A DNA stretch of 64,000 nt from Candidatus Bathyarchaeia archaeon. GTDB taxonomy: Archaea > Thermoproteota > Bathyarchaeia > Bathyarchaeales > Bathycorpusculaceae. Position numbers and translations under genes: made by a program. Position 1 is the first letter of the stretch; every line of letters begins with the position of its first letter. The notes under the pieces were generated by a model. The model did not search any database. It was given only the letters and a program-made list of their open reading frames with translations, and was not told where the DNA came from. The stretch spans positions 96,001-160,000 of the forward strand of contig JAVZLM010000002.1 in NCBI GenBank assembly GCA_038883775.1. Reading direction: 5' to 3'. Below, piece by piece: positions 38,203 through 49,012 of the stretch.

Positions 38203-39744
38203 ATGTTTAAACAAGCAAATTGGAACGAACCCATAATTTTCAAACTTGTAAGGGAAGGACGAAGGGGACATATTCCACCCAAATTGGAGGAAGAAATTAA
38301 GAAGGTTGTAGGCGAAGCGGATGCGCTTATACCAAAGAATATGCTGCGCAAAAGTAAGCTTGGGCTTCCGGAACTTTCCGAGGTTGAAGTGGTGCGTCAT
38401 TTTACTCGCTTATCGGAGATGAATTTTGGGGTTGATTCTGGCTTTTACCCTCTTGGAAGCTGTACAATGAAGTATAACCCAAAAATAAACGAACAACTCG
38501 CCAATCTGCCAACCATCGCCATGCTTCATCCATACCAGGACGAAAGCACGGTGCAAGGCATCCTTGAAATCCTCTACAAACTTGAGCGCTGGCTTGCAGA
38601 GTTGACGGGCACTTATGAAGTTTGTTTGCATCCAGCCGCTGGAGCCCACGGCGAATTCTTAGGAACTTTGCTAATGCGTGCATATCACAAAATGAATGGA
38701 GACAACGAGAAAAGAAGCGAAGTAATAGTTCCAGACTCAGCCCACGGAACAAACCCGGCAAGCGCAACCATGGCAGGCTTCAAAGTTGTTGTTGTCCCAT
38801 CAGACAAGGATGGCTGCGTTAATCTGGAAGCCTTAAAGGCTGCGGTTTCCGAAAAAACAGCAGGTTTAATGCTAACAAACCCAAACACCCTCGGAATTTT
38901 CGAAAAGAACATTGAAGAAATAGCCAAAACCATCCACGAGGCTGGCGGACTCCTCTACTATGATGGCGCAAACCTAAATCCGCTCTTGGGCATTGTTAGA
39001 CCAGGCGACATGGGCTTCGACATAGTCCACATAAACATACACAAAACCTTCAGCACACCCCACGGTGGTGGCGGTCCAGGCGCTGGACCAGTGGGCGTTT
39101 CAGAGAAATTAGCGAAGTTTTTGCCTGTTCCCCGCATAGTTTATGATGGTGAACGTTATCGTTTAGATTACGATAAGCCCTATAGTGTTGGGAAGATTAG
39201 AAGTTTTTATGGGAATGTCGCTGTTTTGTTGAAGGCTTACGCTTACATTTTAAGTTTGGGCTTTGAGGGTTTAAGGGAAGTTGCTGAAGTTTCTGTTTTG
39301 AACGCTAATTACTTGATTAAAAAACTGAAAGGCATTAGGGGTTTAACCCTTCCGTACAATAGTGAAAAGCCAAGAAAACACGAGTGCGTATTTAGCGCTA
39401 AGCCTTTAAAAAATGAAACTGGGGTTTCAGCCCTAAACATTGCAAAACACCTTTTGGATTATGGATTGCATGCGCCAACAATCTATTTCCCACTAATTGT
39501 TGAAGAAGCCTTAATGATCGAACCAACAGAAACCTTCGAAAAAGAGGAGCTTGACAGATTTGTTGATTCCATGCAGAAAATCTGCGAGGAAGCTTACAAG
39601 AATCCAGAAGTGGTTTTAAAAGCGCCACATAACACTGCTATTTCGCGACTGGATGAGGTTAAGGCTTCACATCCGAAAACTATGGCTTTAAGCTGGCGCA
39701 TGTTCAACAAAAGAATGGACAAAAAGGTGGTTTCAGATAAATAG
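38203..39744 (+). CDS. gcvPB: Glycine dehydrogenase (decarboxylating) subunit 2
   Basis: PLGSCTMKYNP, HGTNPASA, HINIHKTFSTPHGGGGPG. Confidence 0.95.
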   Translation: MFKQANWNEPIIFKLVREGRRGHIPPKLEEEIKKVVGEADALIPKNMLRKSKLGLPELSEVEVVRHFTRLSEMNFGVDSGFYPLGSCTMKYNPKINEQLANLPTIAMLHPYQDESTVQGILEILYKLERWLAELTGTYEVCLHPAAGAHGEFLGTLLMRAYHKMNGDNEKRSEVIVPDSAHGTNPASATMAGFKVVVVPSDKDGCVNLEALKAAVSEKTAGLMLTNPNTLGIFEKNIEEIAKTIHEAGGLLYYDGANLNPLLGIVRPGDMGFDIVHINIHKTFSTPHGGGGPGAGPVGVSEKLAKFLPVPRIVYDGERYRLDYDKPYSVGKIRSFYGNVAVLLKAYAYILSLGFEGLREVAEVSVLNANYLIKKLKGIRGLTLPYNSEKPRKHECVFSAKPLKNETGVSALNIAKHLLDYGLHAPTIYFPLIVEEALMIEPTETFEKEELDRFVDSMQKICEEAYKNPEVVLKAPHNTAISRLDEVKASHPKTMALSWRMFNKRMDKKVVSDK

Positions 39745-39799
39745 TTTATATGGCACATTAACGTTTGTTCACGAAAAGATAAATGGATGTGTAAAAGGT

Positions 39800-40090
39800 T
39801 TGACTGAATTAGAAGATAAGGTGCGGGAAGCTGTCGGCAAAGTTGTTGACCCAGAAACTGGTTTGAGCTTCGCTGAAATGCACATGGTTAAAGATGTGAA
39901 AGAGGAAGAGCCAGGCGTTGTTAAAGTGGAGTTTATCCCTTCAAGTCCTTTCTGTCCCATAGCCTTCAAACTTGCCATGGACGTGAAAAATGCAGCAAAA
40001 ACCGTTAGCGGAGTCAAAAAAGTCTCGGTTTATTGTCGTGGCCACATGATGGAGCAGCAGATTAACGAAATGGTCAACAAAGAACAATAA
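39800..40090 (+). CDS. DUF59 / Fe-S cluster assembly (SufT-like) protein
   Basis: VVDPETG, SSPFCPIA. Confidence 0.85.
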   Translation: MTELEDKVREAVGKVVDPETGLSFAEMHMVKDVKEEEPGVVKVEFIPSSPFCPIAFKLAMDVKNAAKTVSGVKKVSVYCRGHMMEQQINEMVNKEQ

Positions 40091-40129
40091 AAGCCTAATA
40101 GCTCTTTTTTATTTGCGAGGGTTTAGCCA

Positions 40130-41002
40130 ATGAGCGTCAAGGGAACGCATGAAATCTACTGCTGCGGCGCCCGCGTTAGAATTTCGGAAAAGGGCATAGA
40201 AGTCTTAAGCGAACCATTAATAGAATACTGCCCACTCCACGAAACCCTTTACGGAACAAAAAACATCAATGCTGAAGCTGTGCGGAAAACCGTTGAAATG
40301 AAACTGGCTGGTTTTGGCTTCTGCTGTGCAAACCGCCTTTTTAACTCGGAATCTGTCGTGGCTTATGGGGCTTCCGAAATGATGCGGGTTTGGCTTGAGA
40401 AAAAGCTTATTGACTGTGCAGTTGTTGTATGCGAAGGCGCTGGAACAGTTATAACAGCAAACGGCGAGCTTGTGCAAGCTATCGGAGCCCGTTTGACGGG
40501 CATAATCAAAACAACGCCAATAAAAGAAATTATCTCACACATCGAAAGGAACGGCGGAACAGTTTTAGATAAAGCCACAGCGCAAATTGACCAATTTGAA
40601 GGCGTAAAAAGGGCTTCCAATTTAGGCTTTAAACGCATAGGCGTAAGCGTTACTGGCTTCCAAGCAAAAGCCATAAGCGAAATAAGAAAATTTGAAGCAA
40701 AAACGAAAGCTGAAATCCTAATCTTTTCTGTCTGCAACACATGTGTGAAAAAAGAAGACGCAAAACACATAGCTAAGGCAGATGTTGCCTGTGCAAGTGC
40801 TTCGAAAATCCTTCGAAACGAAATAGGCAGCAAAGCCCTGCTACAATTGAGCGTAACAATACCAGTCTACGCATTAACAGAAAAAGGCAAAAAACTTGTC
40901 TTAACCTATTTAGCCGAGTTTAAGGATAAACTCGTTGTTTTCAGAACAAAGAAACTCCCATACCAAACGGAAAATAGGGGTCCAAGGCTTAAGGAAAGCT
41001 GA
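40130..41002 (+). CDS. DUF2099 / methanogenesis marker 8-like protein
   Basis: YCPL, FGFC..R, GASE, DCAVVVCEGAGTVI, VQAIGARLTG, IDQ, ACASK. Confidence 0.8.
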   Translation: MSVKGTHEIYCCGARVRISEKGIEVLSEPLIEYCPLHETLYGTKNINAEAVRKTVEMKLAGFGFCCANRLFNSESVVAYGASEMMRVWLEKKLIDCAVVVCEGAGTVITANGELVQAIGARLTGIIKTTPIKEIISHIERNGGTVLDKATAQIDQFEGVKRASNLGFKRIGVSVTGFQAKAISEIRKFEAKTKAEILIFSVCNTCVKKEDAKHIAKADVACASASKILRNEIGSKALLQLSVTIPVYALTEKGKKLVLTYLAEFKDKLVVFRTKKLPYQTENRGPRLKES

Positions 41003-41055
41003 AAAATGCGGGAGTTTGGTTGATGCTTCTGTATACGGAAGGCAAATAGCAGAAA

Positions 41056-41685
41056 TCACCAAGAGCCTGGAATGTACTCTCTTAACCTAAATTTTACTCC
41101 TAATTTTTTGGCGATTTCCTCAACCTTTGAAATTTCAACTTCTGGTATGGCTACTGCTGTGATTTCTGTTTCAAAGTTTCCCTTTGCTTTTTCCAAAAAT
41201 TCTAAAATGCTTTCAAAGGCATTTTCATAAGCTGGTTTGCAAATTTGATTGTATATTTCTTTGTTGTGAGCATTCAAGCTGACGCTTATTCTGTTCACGC
41301 CAGCCTCCTTTAATTCATTAAGCAAGTCTCGTTCTTTGTTAATTAGGAAGCCTTGCCCATTAGTGTCTATTCTAATGCTAATGGGCTTACCGTAATAACG
41401 CCTTATCCATCTACAGACTTCTAAAAGGCAAGCCAATCGCTCTAAGGGTTCGCCGAAACCGCAGAAGACAATTTCGCTCCAATTTTTTAAATTTATAATG
41501 TTCTGAAGTTCGCTTATTATTTCGCTGGTTGAAGGCTCTCTTGATAGTTTGAGGTTGAAATCACCCACACCATTCTTAAAATTTCTTATGCAGAAATAGC
41601 AGTTGTTAGAGCACTTATTAGTTATGTTTAGATAGAGTTTGTTTCCAAGCCAGTAAACGGTTCTCGGAGTTTTCTGAATAGGCAT
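41056..41685 (-). CDS. TatD-associated radical SAM protein
   Basis: LYLNITNKCSNNCYFCIR, VFCGFGEP, TNG, SVSLNA. Confidence 0.88.
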   Translation of the reverse strand: MPIQKTPRTVYWLGNKLYLNITNKCSNNCYFCIRNFKNGVGDFNLKLSREPSTSEIISELQNIINLKNWSEIVFCGFGEPLERLACLLEVCRWIRRYYGKPISIRIDTNGQGFLINKERDLLNELKEAGVNRISVSLNAHNKEIYNQICKPAYENAFESILEFLEKAKGNFETEITAVAIPEVEISKVEEIAKKLGVKFRLREYIPGSW

Positions 41686-41756
41686 TTTGGCTCACTTTAT
41701 GAAAGGATTTAAATGCTAATTGTGGTTTTATGGTTTTGTTATTACGAGGAGAAATC

Positions 41757-43382
41757 ATGGTTAAATACATATTTGTTACGGGCGGCGTGTTAAGCTCTGT
41801 TGGCAAGGGCATTGTAACCTCTTCTATTGGCAAGATGCTTCAAGCAAGAGGCTTAAAGGTTACTGCTGTAAAAATTGACCCTTACGTGAATGTCGACGCT
41901 GGAACAATGAACCCTTACATGCACGGCGAAGTGTACGTGACAGATGATGGCGGCGAAACAGACCTTGATTTGGGTTGGTATGAGCGTTTTCTTGACTTAA
42001 ACTTAAAAAAAGATAATAACATCACCACAGGCTTGGTTTATAGGGCAGTCATCGAAAAAGAGCGCCGAGGCGACTTTCTTGGAAGATGCGTCCAAATCGT
42101 GCCCCATGTGACAAATGAGATTAAACATCGCATCCGCGCTGTGGCAAAATCCTCAAACGTTGACGTGGTTTTGACAGAAGTCGGCGGCACAGTTGGAGAC
42201 ATTGAGGGCTTACCCTTCCTTGAAGCTATTCGCCAAATGCGCTTAGAAGAGGGTTTCGAAAACACATTGTACGTGCACGTAGCCTTAGTTCCCATTTTGG
42301 ATGTTACCAAAGAGATGAAAACCAAGCCTTTACAGCATAGCGTCAATGAGTTGAGGCGTATAGGTATTCAGCCAGACATTATTGTGGCACGCTGTTCTGA
42401 AATGATCGACGCTGAATCTTTAAGGAAAATAGCCTTGTTTGGAACGATTCCAGAAAATGCGGTCTTCTGCTCCTACAATGTAGAATCAATTTATCAGGTT
42501 CCGTTAATTTTGGATGAGCAGGGAATGGGCAACTTCATATGCAAAAGACTTGGCTTTTCGGAAACCAAACCAGATTTTAAAAATTGGAAAGAATTCGTAG
42601 ACGCCGTAACAAAGCCAAAACATGAAGTGCGAATAGCCCTTGTTGGAAAGTATGCTGGATTAGCAGACAGTTACGTAAGCATGAATGAAGCCCTTCGCCA
42701 TGGAGGCGCAGTATGCAAAACAAAAGTTTTGATAGAATACATTGAAGCTGAAAGGTTTGAAGAACACCCAGAAAAACTTGAAACTCTTAAAAGTTTTGAC
42801 GGAATTTTTGTGCCTTACGGTTTTGGTCCAAGGGGCACCGAAGGAAAAATTATGGCAATAAAATTTGCAAGAGAAAACAACATTCCATTTCTTGGAATAT
42901 GCTACGGCTTTCAGTTGGCAGTTGTGGAGTTTGCAAGAAACGTCTGCGGCTTAAAAGAGGCAAACAGCACAGAAATAAACCCCAACTCGCCCCACCCAGT
43001 AATCGACTTAATGCCAGAACAAAGAGGAATAGAAATTAAAGGGGCTACCATGCGTTTGGGCGCCCACAAAATAATTATAAAGCCAAACACAATGGCTTAT
43101 ACACTTTATAAAAGTGAAGAAATTTATGAGCGCCACCGCCACAGGTTTGAGGTAAATCTTGACTATTTGGAAAAGTTTGAAAAGAACGGCTTAGTGTTTT
43201 CTGGAAAAAGCGTGGATGCTAGAAGAATGGAAATTTTGGAATTGCCAGACCACTACTTCTTTTTCGCTTCACAATTTCACGGAGAATTCAAAAGCCGCCC
43301 TGGAAGACCAGACCCAGAATACTATGGCTTTATAAAAGCATGCTTAGACAAAAAGTTGGGTAAGGCTAAACCAGAATTTTAG
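41757..43382 (+). CDS. pyrG: CTP synthase
   Basis: [40 protein letters not shown]. Confidence 0.97.
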   Translation: MVKYIFVTGGVLSSVGKGIVTSSIGKMLQARGLKVTAVKIDPYVNVDAGTMNPYMHGEVYVTDDGGETDLDLGWYERFLDLNLKKDNNITTGLVYRAVIEKERRGDFLGRCVQIVPHVTNEIKHRIRAVAKSSNVDVVLTEVGGTVGDIEGLPFLEAIRQMRLEEGFENTLYVHVALVPILDVTKEMKTKPLQHSVNELRRIGIQPDIIVARCSEMIDAESLRKIALFGTIPENAVFCSYNVESIYQVPLILDEQGMGNFICKRLGFSETKPDFKNWKEFVDAVTKPKHEVRIALVGKYAGLADSYVSMNEALRHGGAVCKTKVLIEYIEAERFEEHPEKLETLKSFDGIFVPYGFGPRGTEGKIMAIKFARENNIPFLGICYGFQLAVVEFARNVCGLKEANSTEINPNSPHPVIDLMPEQRGIEIKGATMRLGAHKIIIKPNTMAYTLYKSEEIYERHRHRFEVNLDYLEKFEKNGLVFSGKSVDARRMEILELPDHYFFFASQFHGEFKSRPGRPDPEYYGFIKACLDKKLGKAKPEF

Positions 43383-43810
43383 TATGCACGTTTGTGAGGT
43401 CTGACGAGTTCTTCGAGTATGGATAGTAGGGTTGGCACTTTTGTTACTATGTCTGTAAAGGTTACTATTCCAACAATTTTCTCATCACTCATAACTGGAA
43501 GCCGTTTAACCTTCTTTTTCGCCATTAGTTTGGCTGCTTCCTCTATGGTGGCTGTTTCGTTTATTGTTGTAACTGGGCTTGTCATGATGTGTCTTGCTGT
43601 GAGCGTTTCTGGCGCAAGGCATGGTTCCACAAGCCTTCTTAGTATGTCGCGTTCTGTTATGATGCCTACTGGTCTTTCGCCCTGCACAACTATTATGGAG
43701 CCTATGTTAAACTTGTTCATTGTGGCAACCACTTCCTTGACGGTTGTGTCTGGGCGCACAACTTTCACTTCTTTTGACATTACGTCTCTGACGAGGATTA
43801 TGCTTGCCAT
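43379..43810 (-). CDS. Tandem CBS domain protein
   Basis: [23 protein letters not shown]. Confidence 0.9.
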   Translation of the reverse strand: MASIILVRDVMSKEVKVVRPDTTVKEVVATMNKFNIGSIIVVQGERPVGIITERDILRRLVEPCLAPETLTARHIMTSPVTTINETATIEEAAKLMAKKKVKRLPVMSDEKIVGIVTFTDIVTKVPTLLSILEELVRPHKRAY

Positions 43811-43925
43811 CCAATTTTACGCTCCAAGCCTTCCCTAACCATTAAAGAAGCTTTCCTTTATTTGTTTTGGTATATAGCGGATTTTCCAAAATGCATATTA
43901 GAAAACTTGAGCTTTATAAAAAAGC

Positions 43926-44711
43926 ATGAGCCAGTGGATTAAGAAGCTTTTCGTTAAAAATTCCGACCTTTTCCTAAAGTTTTTAGATGAGAGGTGGTCT
44001 CGAACTGAGGAAGTTGTAGATGGCATGGTTAACGTGCTAAATAGTTTTGGCATCACTACGGGCAATTTGCTTGATTTGTGTTGTGGAAATGGGCGAATTT
44101 CCATATGTATAGCTAAGAGAGGATTTAGGGCTGTGGGAGTGGACATTTCTAAGGCTTTTTTGGAAGATGCAAAAAGGAAGGCTGCGGAGAATAAAGTTTC
44201 AAACATGGTGACCTTCTTAGAGGGTGATGTAAGAAAGCTTAAAGAAGTTGTTGGAAAAATTCAACAGCCCTTTGATGTTGTTGTTAATGCTTGGACCTCG
44301 ATTGGCTATTTCTCCCCAAAAGATGAGCTTAAAATTTTTAAGCAGGCAAGGGAACTTTCGAAAGAAAATGCTGTATTGCTTATAGCTGAGACCATGCATA
44401 CTGAGTTTTTAGCCGTTAAATTTGCTCCCACAAGTTACGGAGAAGTGGATAATATATTGCTGTTAGAAAGCAGAAAATACGACCAAACTACATCACAATT
44501 GAAGACGGTCTGGACCTTTTACAAAAAATGCGGAGAAAATTTAGAGTTTATTGACAGAGTGGAATATGAAATCCATGTTTACAGCCCAAGCGAACTCTCA
44601 GCACTTCTTAGAAAAGCTGGATGGGAACCCATAGCATTTTATGGAAGCTTTACAACCCTTCAGCCAATGAGCCCGCTGACAAGTTTGAATTTGGTGGCTA
44701 AGGCAAAATGA
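43926..44711 (+). CDS. Class I SAM-dependent methyltransferase
   Basis: LDLCCGNGR, GVDIS, GDVR, TSIGYF. Confidence 0.9.
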   Translation: MSQWIKKLFVKNSDLFLKFLDERWSRTEEVVDGMVNVLNSFGITTGNLLDLCCGNGRISICIAKRGFRAVGVDISKAFLEDAKRKAAENKVSNMVTFLEGDVRKLKEVVGKIQQPFDVVVNAWTSIGYFSPKDELKIFKQARELSKENAVLLIAETMHTEFLAVKFAPTSYGEVDNILLLESRKYDQTTSQLKTVWTFYKKCGENLEFIDRVEYEIHVYSPSELSALLRKAGWEPIAFYGSFTTLQPMSPLTSLNLVAKAK

Positions 44712-45217
44712 ATGAAGGCAATTCGGCAACTATTGAAAGTTTTCGCAGCCGCTTGGAAAATGCTAAAAGTTATGGGGAAGTTTGGGAAATCGTCAAAGAC
44801 ACGGTATACTTCTCATTGCATAGGCGGAGAGGCGGAATGATGCTTTTTCTTGATGACCTGCCAATTCAACTGGGCGCCTATCATCCCTTCGGAACAAACA
44901 ATATTGTTTTAAACAGGCGCCTAATTCAGATAGTGGAAGCTGCGCTAAAGTCGAAGCGCGTTGTCAATGCCCTAATTTATAATTTATTGTTGCACGAGTA
45001 TTTGCATGCTTTGGGCGAATTTTCAGAAGTTCAAGTTAGGGAGCTGGTTTATGAAATTGCAAAGAAATGTTTCGGGGAAGATTACATAGCCTCTCTTATT
45101 GCGAAGAAGTCTCCTTGGGCTCTGCTTAAGGGAATTCCGTTGGAGGCTGTTGATGTTCCAAGGCGAGTTATGGAAATAGTTAAAGACTTTGAGAAAACAG
45201 ACAATTATATAGTTTAG
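44708..45217 (+). CDS. HExxH zincin-like metalloprotein
   Basis: LGAYH...LLHEYLHALG; ATGA overlap with the methyltransferase. Confidence 0.7.
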   Translation: MNEGNSATIESFRSRLENAKSYGEVWEIVKDTVYFSLHRRRGGMMLFLDDLPIQLGAYHPFGTNNIVLNRRLIQIVEAALKSKRVVNALIYNLLLHEYLHALGEFSEVQVRELVYEIAKKCFGEDYIASLIAKKSPWALLKGIPLEAVDVPRRVMEIVKDFEKTDNYIV

Positions 45218-45329
45218 AATTTTAGCTGTTTTCAGTTGCTAAATTGATAGCCCTCTCTATAGATTTTTGCTTTCATTTTGGTTAAAGGCTAAATCCTCGA
45301 ATACGCCAGTTTTATGGCAGTGATTTATC

Positions 45330-46217
45330 ATGCGCACTGAAGGAATTGGGAAGTTTAAAGAAAATCCCTACGTGAAAGATGGTAAAACATTAGTCAGCAA
45401 AATAAGCCACGTCAAAAATCTGAAAGAGGGCATATTAAAGGCTGTGGATTTGATTGGCGGCTTCAACAAAATTGTCAACAAGGGCGATGAAATATGGCTA
45501 AAACCAAACTTTAACACTGCTGACCCGCCGCCTGCCTCAAGCGACCCGGAATTTGTGAAGGCTGTTATTGAACTCTTGTTTGAGCATGGCGCTGGAAAAG
45601 TTATTCTCGGCGAATCTTCCATGCTTTCGCTTTCAACCAGAAAAGTTTTGACGGAAACGGGAATGATTGCGAAGGCAGAAGAGGCAGGCGCAGAACTTGT
45701 ATTTTTTGATGAGGGAAAATGGGTGAAAGTGGCTACGGGTGGCAAATACCTTAAAGAGGTGAGTTTGCCAGAAAGCGCCTTAAAGGCTGAAAAACTTGTT
45801 TACGTTTGCTGCATGAAAACTCATAAGTGGGCTAAGTTCACCTTAAGCCTAAAACTTGCCGTTGGCTTTATGAAAACAAGCGAGAGAATGATGCTTCATG
45901 CAAGGCATTTGGAGGAGAAAATTGCAGATTTAAACTTAGTTGTGAATCCAAACTTGATAATTATGGATGGAAGAAAATGCTTTATAACTGGCGGACCAGC
46001 CAACGGCGAAACACGAGAACCAAACGTTGTTTTGGCTTCTGGAGACCGCATAGCTATAGACGTTGAAGCCTTAAAAATCATTCAAAGCTATGAAGGCTCA
46101 AGCCTCACTCAAAACCCCTGGAGTTACACGCAGATTCGAAGGGCTGTGGAGTTGGGAATAGGCGTAAAAGATGAAAGTGAATATACCGTGATCTCCGGTA
46201 AGGAATGGCAGTTTTAG
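45330..46217 (+). CDS. DUF362 family (Fe-S) protein
   Basis: LKPN, GES, KTH...TLSLK, MDG..GGP, D.IAID. Confidence 0.85.
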   Translation: MRTEGIGKFKENPYVKDGKTLVSKISHVKNLKEGILKAVDLIGGFNKIVNKGDEIWLKPNFNTADPPPASSDPEFVKAVIELLFEHGAGKVILGESSMLSLSTRKVLTETGMIAKAEEAGAELVFFDEGKWVKVATGGKYLKEVSLPESALKAEKLVYVCCMKTHKWAKFTLSLKLAVGFMKTSERMMLHARHLEEKIADLNLVVNPNLIIMDGRKCFITGGPANGETREPNVVLASGDRIAIDVEALKIIQSYEGSSLTQNPWSYTQIRRAVELGIGVKDESEYTVISGKEWQF

Positions 46218-46220
46218 TTT

Positions 46221-46784
46221 TCATAAACCTATTTCGTTGGCTATGCTCTTTAACCCGGTTAAGGCTATTTCAAAGAAAGCCTCTCTTGAAATGCCAATTT
46301 CCTCGCAGATTAGAATTCTTTCTCTTTCAGCTCCTCTTGCAAAATCTTTATCCTTAAACTTTTTTGCCACAGTTTCAACTTTAACGTCAGCCAACTTTTT
46401 AGAAGGCATAACGAGAGCGCATGCTACAAGCAAACCTGAAATGGCGTCGCTAGCGATTAGGGCTTTTTCCATACGGTTTTCTGGCATAATGCCCGTGTAT
46501 TTGAAATTGTGGGTTTTTATGGACTTTATCATTTCGTCTGGCAAAATTCCTTTAAGGATTTCTTCGGCTAGTAGGCTGTGTTTTTCCGGTGTTGCTTCTG
46601 TTTTTTCATAATCAATGTCATGTAATAAGCCAATTAAACCCCAAATTTCTTCGTTTTCTCCAAAATGTTTCGCAAGGTTTCGCATTATGGCTTCAACAGC
46701 AAGCATGTGATAAACAATATTCCTTTTTGAAACATTCTTTTTAACCAAGTTAAGGGCTTCTTCTCTTGTTAACATTAGCTTCAC
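46221..46784 (-). CDS. HDIG/HD-domain phosphohydrolase
   Basis: HMLAVE, LLHDIDYE, H, HN, D. Confidence 0.88.
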   Translation of the reverse strand: MKLMLTREEALNLVKKNVSKRNIVYHMLAVEAIMRNLAKHFGENEEIWGLIGLLHDIDYEKTEATPEKHSLLAEEILKGILPDEMIKSIKTHNFKYTGIMPENRMEKALIASDAISGLLVACALVMPSKKLADVKVETVAKKFKDKDFARGAERERILICEEIGISREAFFEIALTGLKSIANEIGL

Positions 46785-46830
46785 CGAACCCTTAATTTAA
46801 ACTGATTCTCTCTTATAATTTCTGTAGTCA

Positions 46831-48027
46831 TTAACTTATTGTTAATGCTTCTATATCTCTTGGGTAATACGTGAGTATTTCTGCGCCTTCATCAGTAATT
46901 AGAACAGTATCGGAATGCCGAAAACCTGCAAACCCTACTTCATATATGCCTGGCTCGCAACTCACAACCATGCCAGCCCTTAATGGTTCCAAATTCCCTA
47001 TGTCTAACCATGGAGGCTCATGTCCTTCTAAACCCAATCCGTGGCCACTATGATGAAGCACTAAATGTGACAAACCAGCTTTCTTGAAGACATTTATTGT
47101 TGCCTTGTCAATTTCGCTACATTTAACTCCAGCCTTAAAAGTTTTGAAGGCGGCTTCTTGAGCCTTAACCATCACGTTAAAGTAGCGTTTCTGTTTTGAT
47201 GTTGGCTTCCCAACAATCATTGTTCGCTCCAATTCGCAACTGTAACCGCCTATGTCTGCGCCAGCGCCTGTGACAACAACATCACCTTTTCTGATTATAC
47301 GTTTTGTGGCGATGGAATGTGGTATGGCACTCATTTCGCCAACCTGTCCCCTAAAGCCGACGCTTACTGGAGTACTTTCACGCAGTGGCTCATATTCTGG
47401 TCCAAGAGCCTTCTTCATTATGGCTGATGCCTCATGGGAAGCCGCCAGCGCAATTTCAACATCCCACAAACCTTCGCTTGTATACTCTTGTAGTAAACTG
47501 TGAGCTAGATTTGCCCATTTGGCGCTTTCTCTTATTAGGGCTATTTCCTCTTCAGATTTTATGAGGCGCATGGAAGGAACCAAATCCTTCATGTCCACAA
47601 ACTTAGCTTCACGGAGCTTTTTCGTTATTGGCGGACCCTTATAACCCCACATGGCGGCTGCCCCAGATTTGTTGTCTATGCCTATGCGCTTCTTCGCCAA
47701 ACCCATCTCTTTTAAGAAATCAGCAAAATAGTCTATGGGGTGTTTTTCGCCTGGATAATCCAAATAAGTCTTCACTTCCTCAATAATTCTTGTCTTTAAT
47801 GGAACATGGTCCCTCTCAAGCAACGGTCCTAGGAAGGTAATTTTGCCATCTACGGGTATTACTAGGGCTGCTGGACGTTCTGTTGCCAAAAAAGAATAGC
47901 CCGTTAAGTAAAATATGCTTGTTGGATTTGTTAGATATAAGGCGTCAAGTTTTCGCCTAGCCAAAACTTTTCTAACACGTTCTAAACGACGTTTGTATTC
48001 AGCTTCACTTAGCAAGAACTTTACCAT
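46831..48027 (-). CDS. M24 pita-bread family hydrolase (Xaa-Pro peptidase/creatinase-like)
   Basis: Creatinase_N domain, RLIKSEEEI, GYSCELERT, HGLGLEGHE, EPGIY. Confidence 0.85.
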   Translation of the reverse strand: MVKFLLSEAEYKRRLERVRKVLARRKLDALYLTNPTSIFYLTGYSFLATERPAALVIPVDGKITFLGPLLERDHVPLKTRIIEEVKTYLDYPGEKHPIDYFADFLKEMGLAKKRIGIDNKSGAAAMWGYKGPPITKKLREAKFVDMKDLVPSMRLIKSEEEIALIRESAKWANLAHSLLQEYTSEGLWDVEIALAASHEASAIMKKALGPEYEPLRESTPVSVGFRGQVGEMSAIPHSIATKRIIRKGDVVVTGAGADIGGYSCELERTMIVGKPTSKQKRYFNVMVKAQEAAFKTFKAGVKCSEIDKATINVFKKAGLSHLVLHHSGHGLGLEGHEPPWLDIGNLEPLRAGMVVSCEPGIYEVGFAGFRHSDTVLITDEGAEILTYYPRDIEALTIS

Positions 48028-48114
48028 AACAACCCTCCAAATATTGTGAAATGGTTATTTAGCAAAGTGGATAAATGCTTTTCCACAAATGAAATTGCAA
48101 AATGAGGTTATGCT

Positions 48115-48978
48115 ATGGGAGACGTTTCTATTCGGCTGTTTAATGAAGATGATGTCGAATTCGCTTATGAATCCACGCTCATGGAAAAATGGAATAACAC
48201 AAGGGAAGACGTTCAGCGAATGTTTAGGTACAACCCATCCGGCTGCTTCATCGTAGAAGTAAACGGGAAAAGAGTAGGACATGTCTTTTCATTTAAATAT
48301 GGAAAGCTTGGGTGGATTGGTTTACTTATAGTTCGGGCAGAACACAGAAGAAAAGGTATTGGAACACTATTAATGAAGAGGGCGATGAAACATCTTTTTG
48401 GTCGTGGCGTAGAAACAATAAGGCTAGAAGCTGTTTCTGCCCTTGCAAATTTCTATCGAAAATTAGGCTTTGTAGACGAATATGAATCTTTAAGATTTTC
48501 AGGACTTAACCAAAAACCAGTTTCAAAATTCCATTCAAAGGTGAAGTTAATGGAGAAGAATTTGGTGAAAGAAGTTGCAGAGTTTGATGCAAAATATTTT
48601 GGAGCCAACAGAATCAATGTTTTAAAAAGCCTCCACGATGATTATCCACAATTCTGTTTTATTTCAGGCGTAAGCTCTGAAATCGATGGTTATCTAATGT
48701 GTCGCAGAGCAGAAGGCGGATATAGAATAGGACCATGGGTATGTAACCCTCAAAATCCACAAACTGCAAAGGAACTATTAATAAAATGTATGGAAACAAT
48801 AAGGCAAAAGGAAAAAATCTACGTAGGCGTTCCAGCCGTAAATAAAGTAGCTGTTGAAGTTCTAGAGGAGTTCGGTTTTGAACAATATTCAAAGAGCATC
48901 CGCATGCGTTTAGGAAAGAAAATGGAAAATGAGCGTGTTGATGGCGTATTTGCAATTGGTAGCCCAGAGAAAGGCTAG
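48115..48978 (+). CDS. Tandem GNAT acetyltransferase (YitH-like)
   Basis: GWIGLLIV..HRRKGIG, FYRKLGF, RIGPW. Confidence 0.85.
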   Translation: MGDVSIRLFNEDDVEFAYESTLMEKWNNTREDVQRMFRYNPSGCFIVEVNGKRVGHVFSFKYGKLGWIGLLIVRAEHRRKGIGTLLMKRAMKHLFGRGVETIRLEAVSALANFYRKLGFVDEYESLRFSGLNQKPVSKFHSKVKLMEKNLVKEVAEFDAKYFGANRINVLKSLHDDYPQFCFISGVSSEIDGYLMCRRAEGGYRIGPWVCNPQNPQTAKELLIKCMETIRQKEKIYVGVPAVNKVAVEVLEEFGFEQYSKSIRMRLGKKMENERVDGVFAIGSPEKG

Positions 48979-49012
48979 TTTAGAAAATGCATCATATGCG
49001 ATGCCCTAACAT

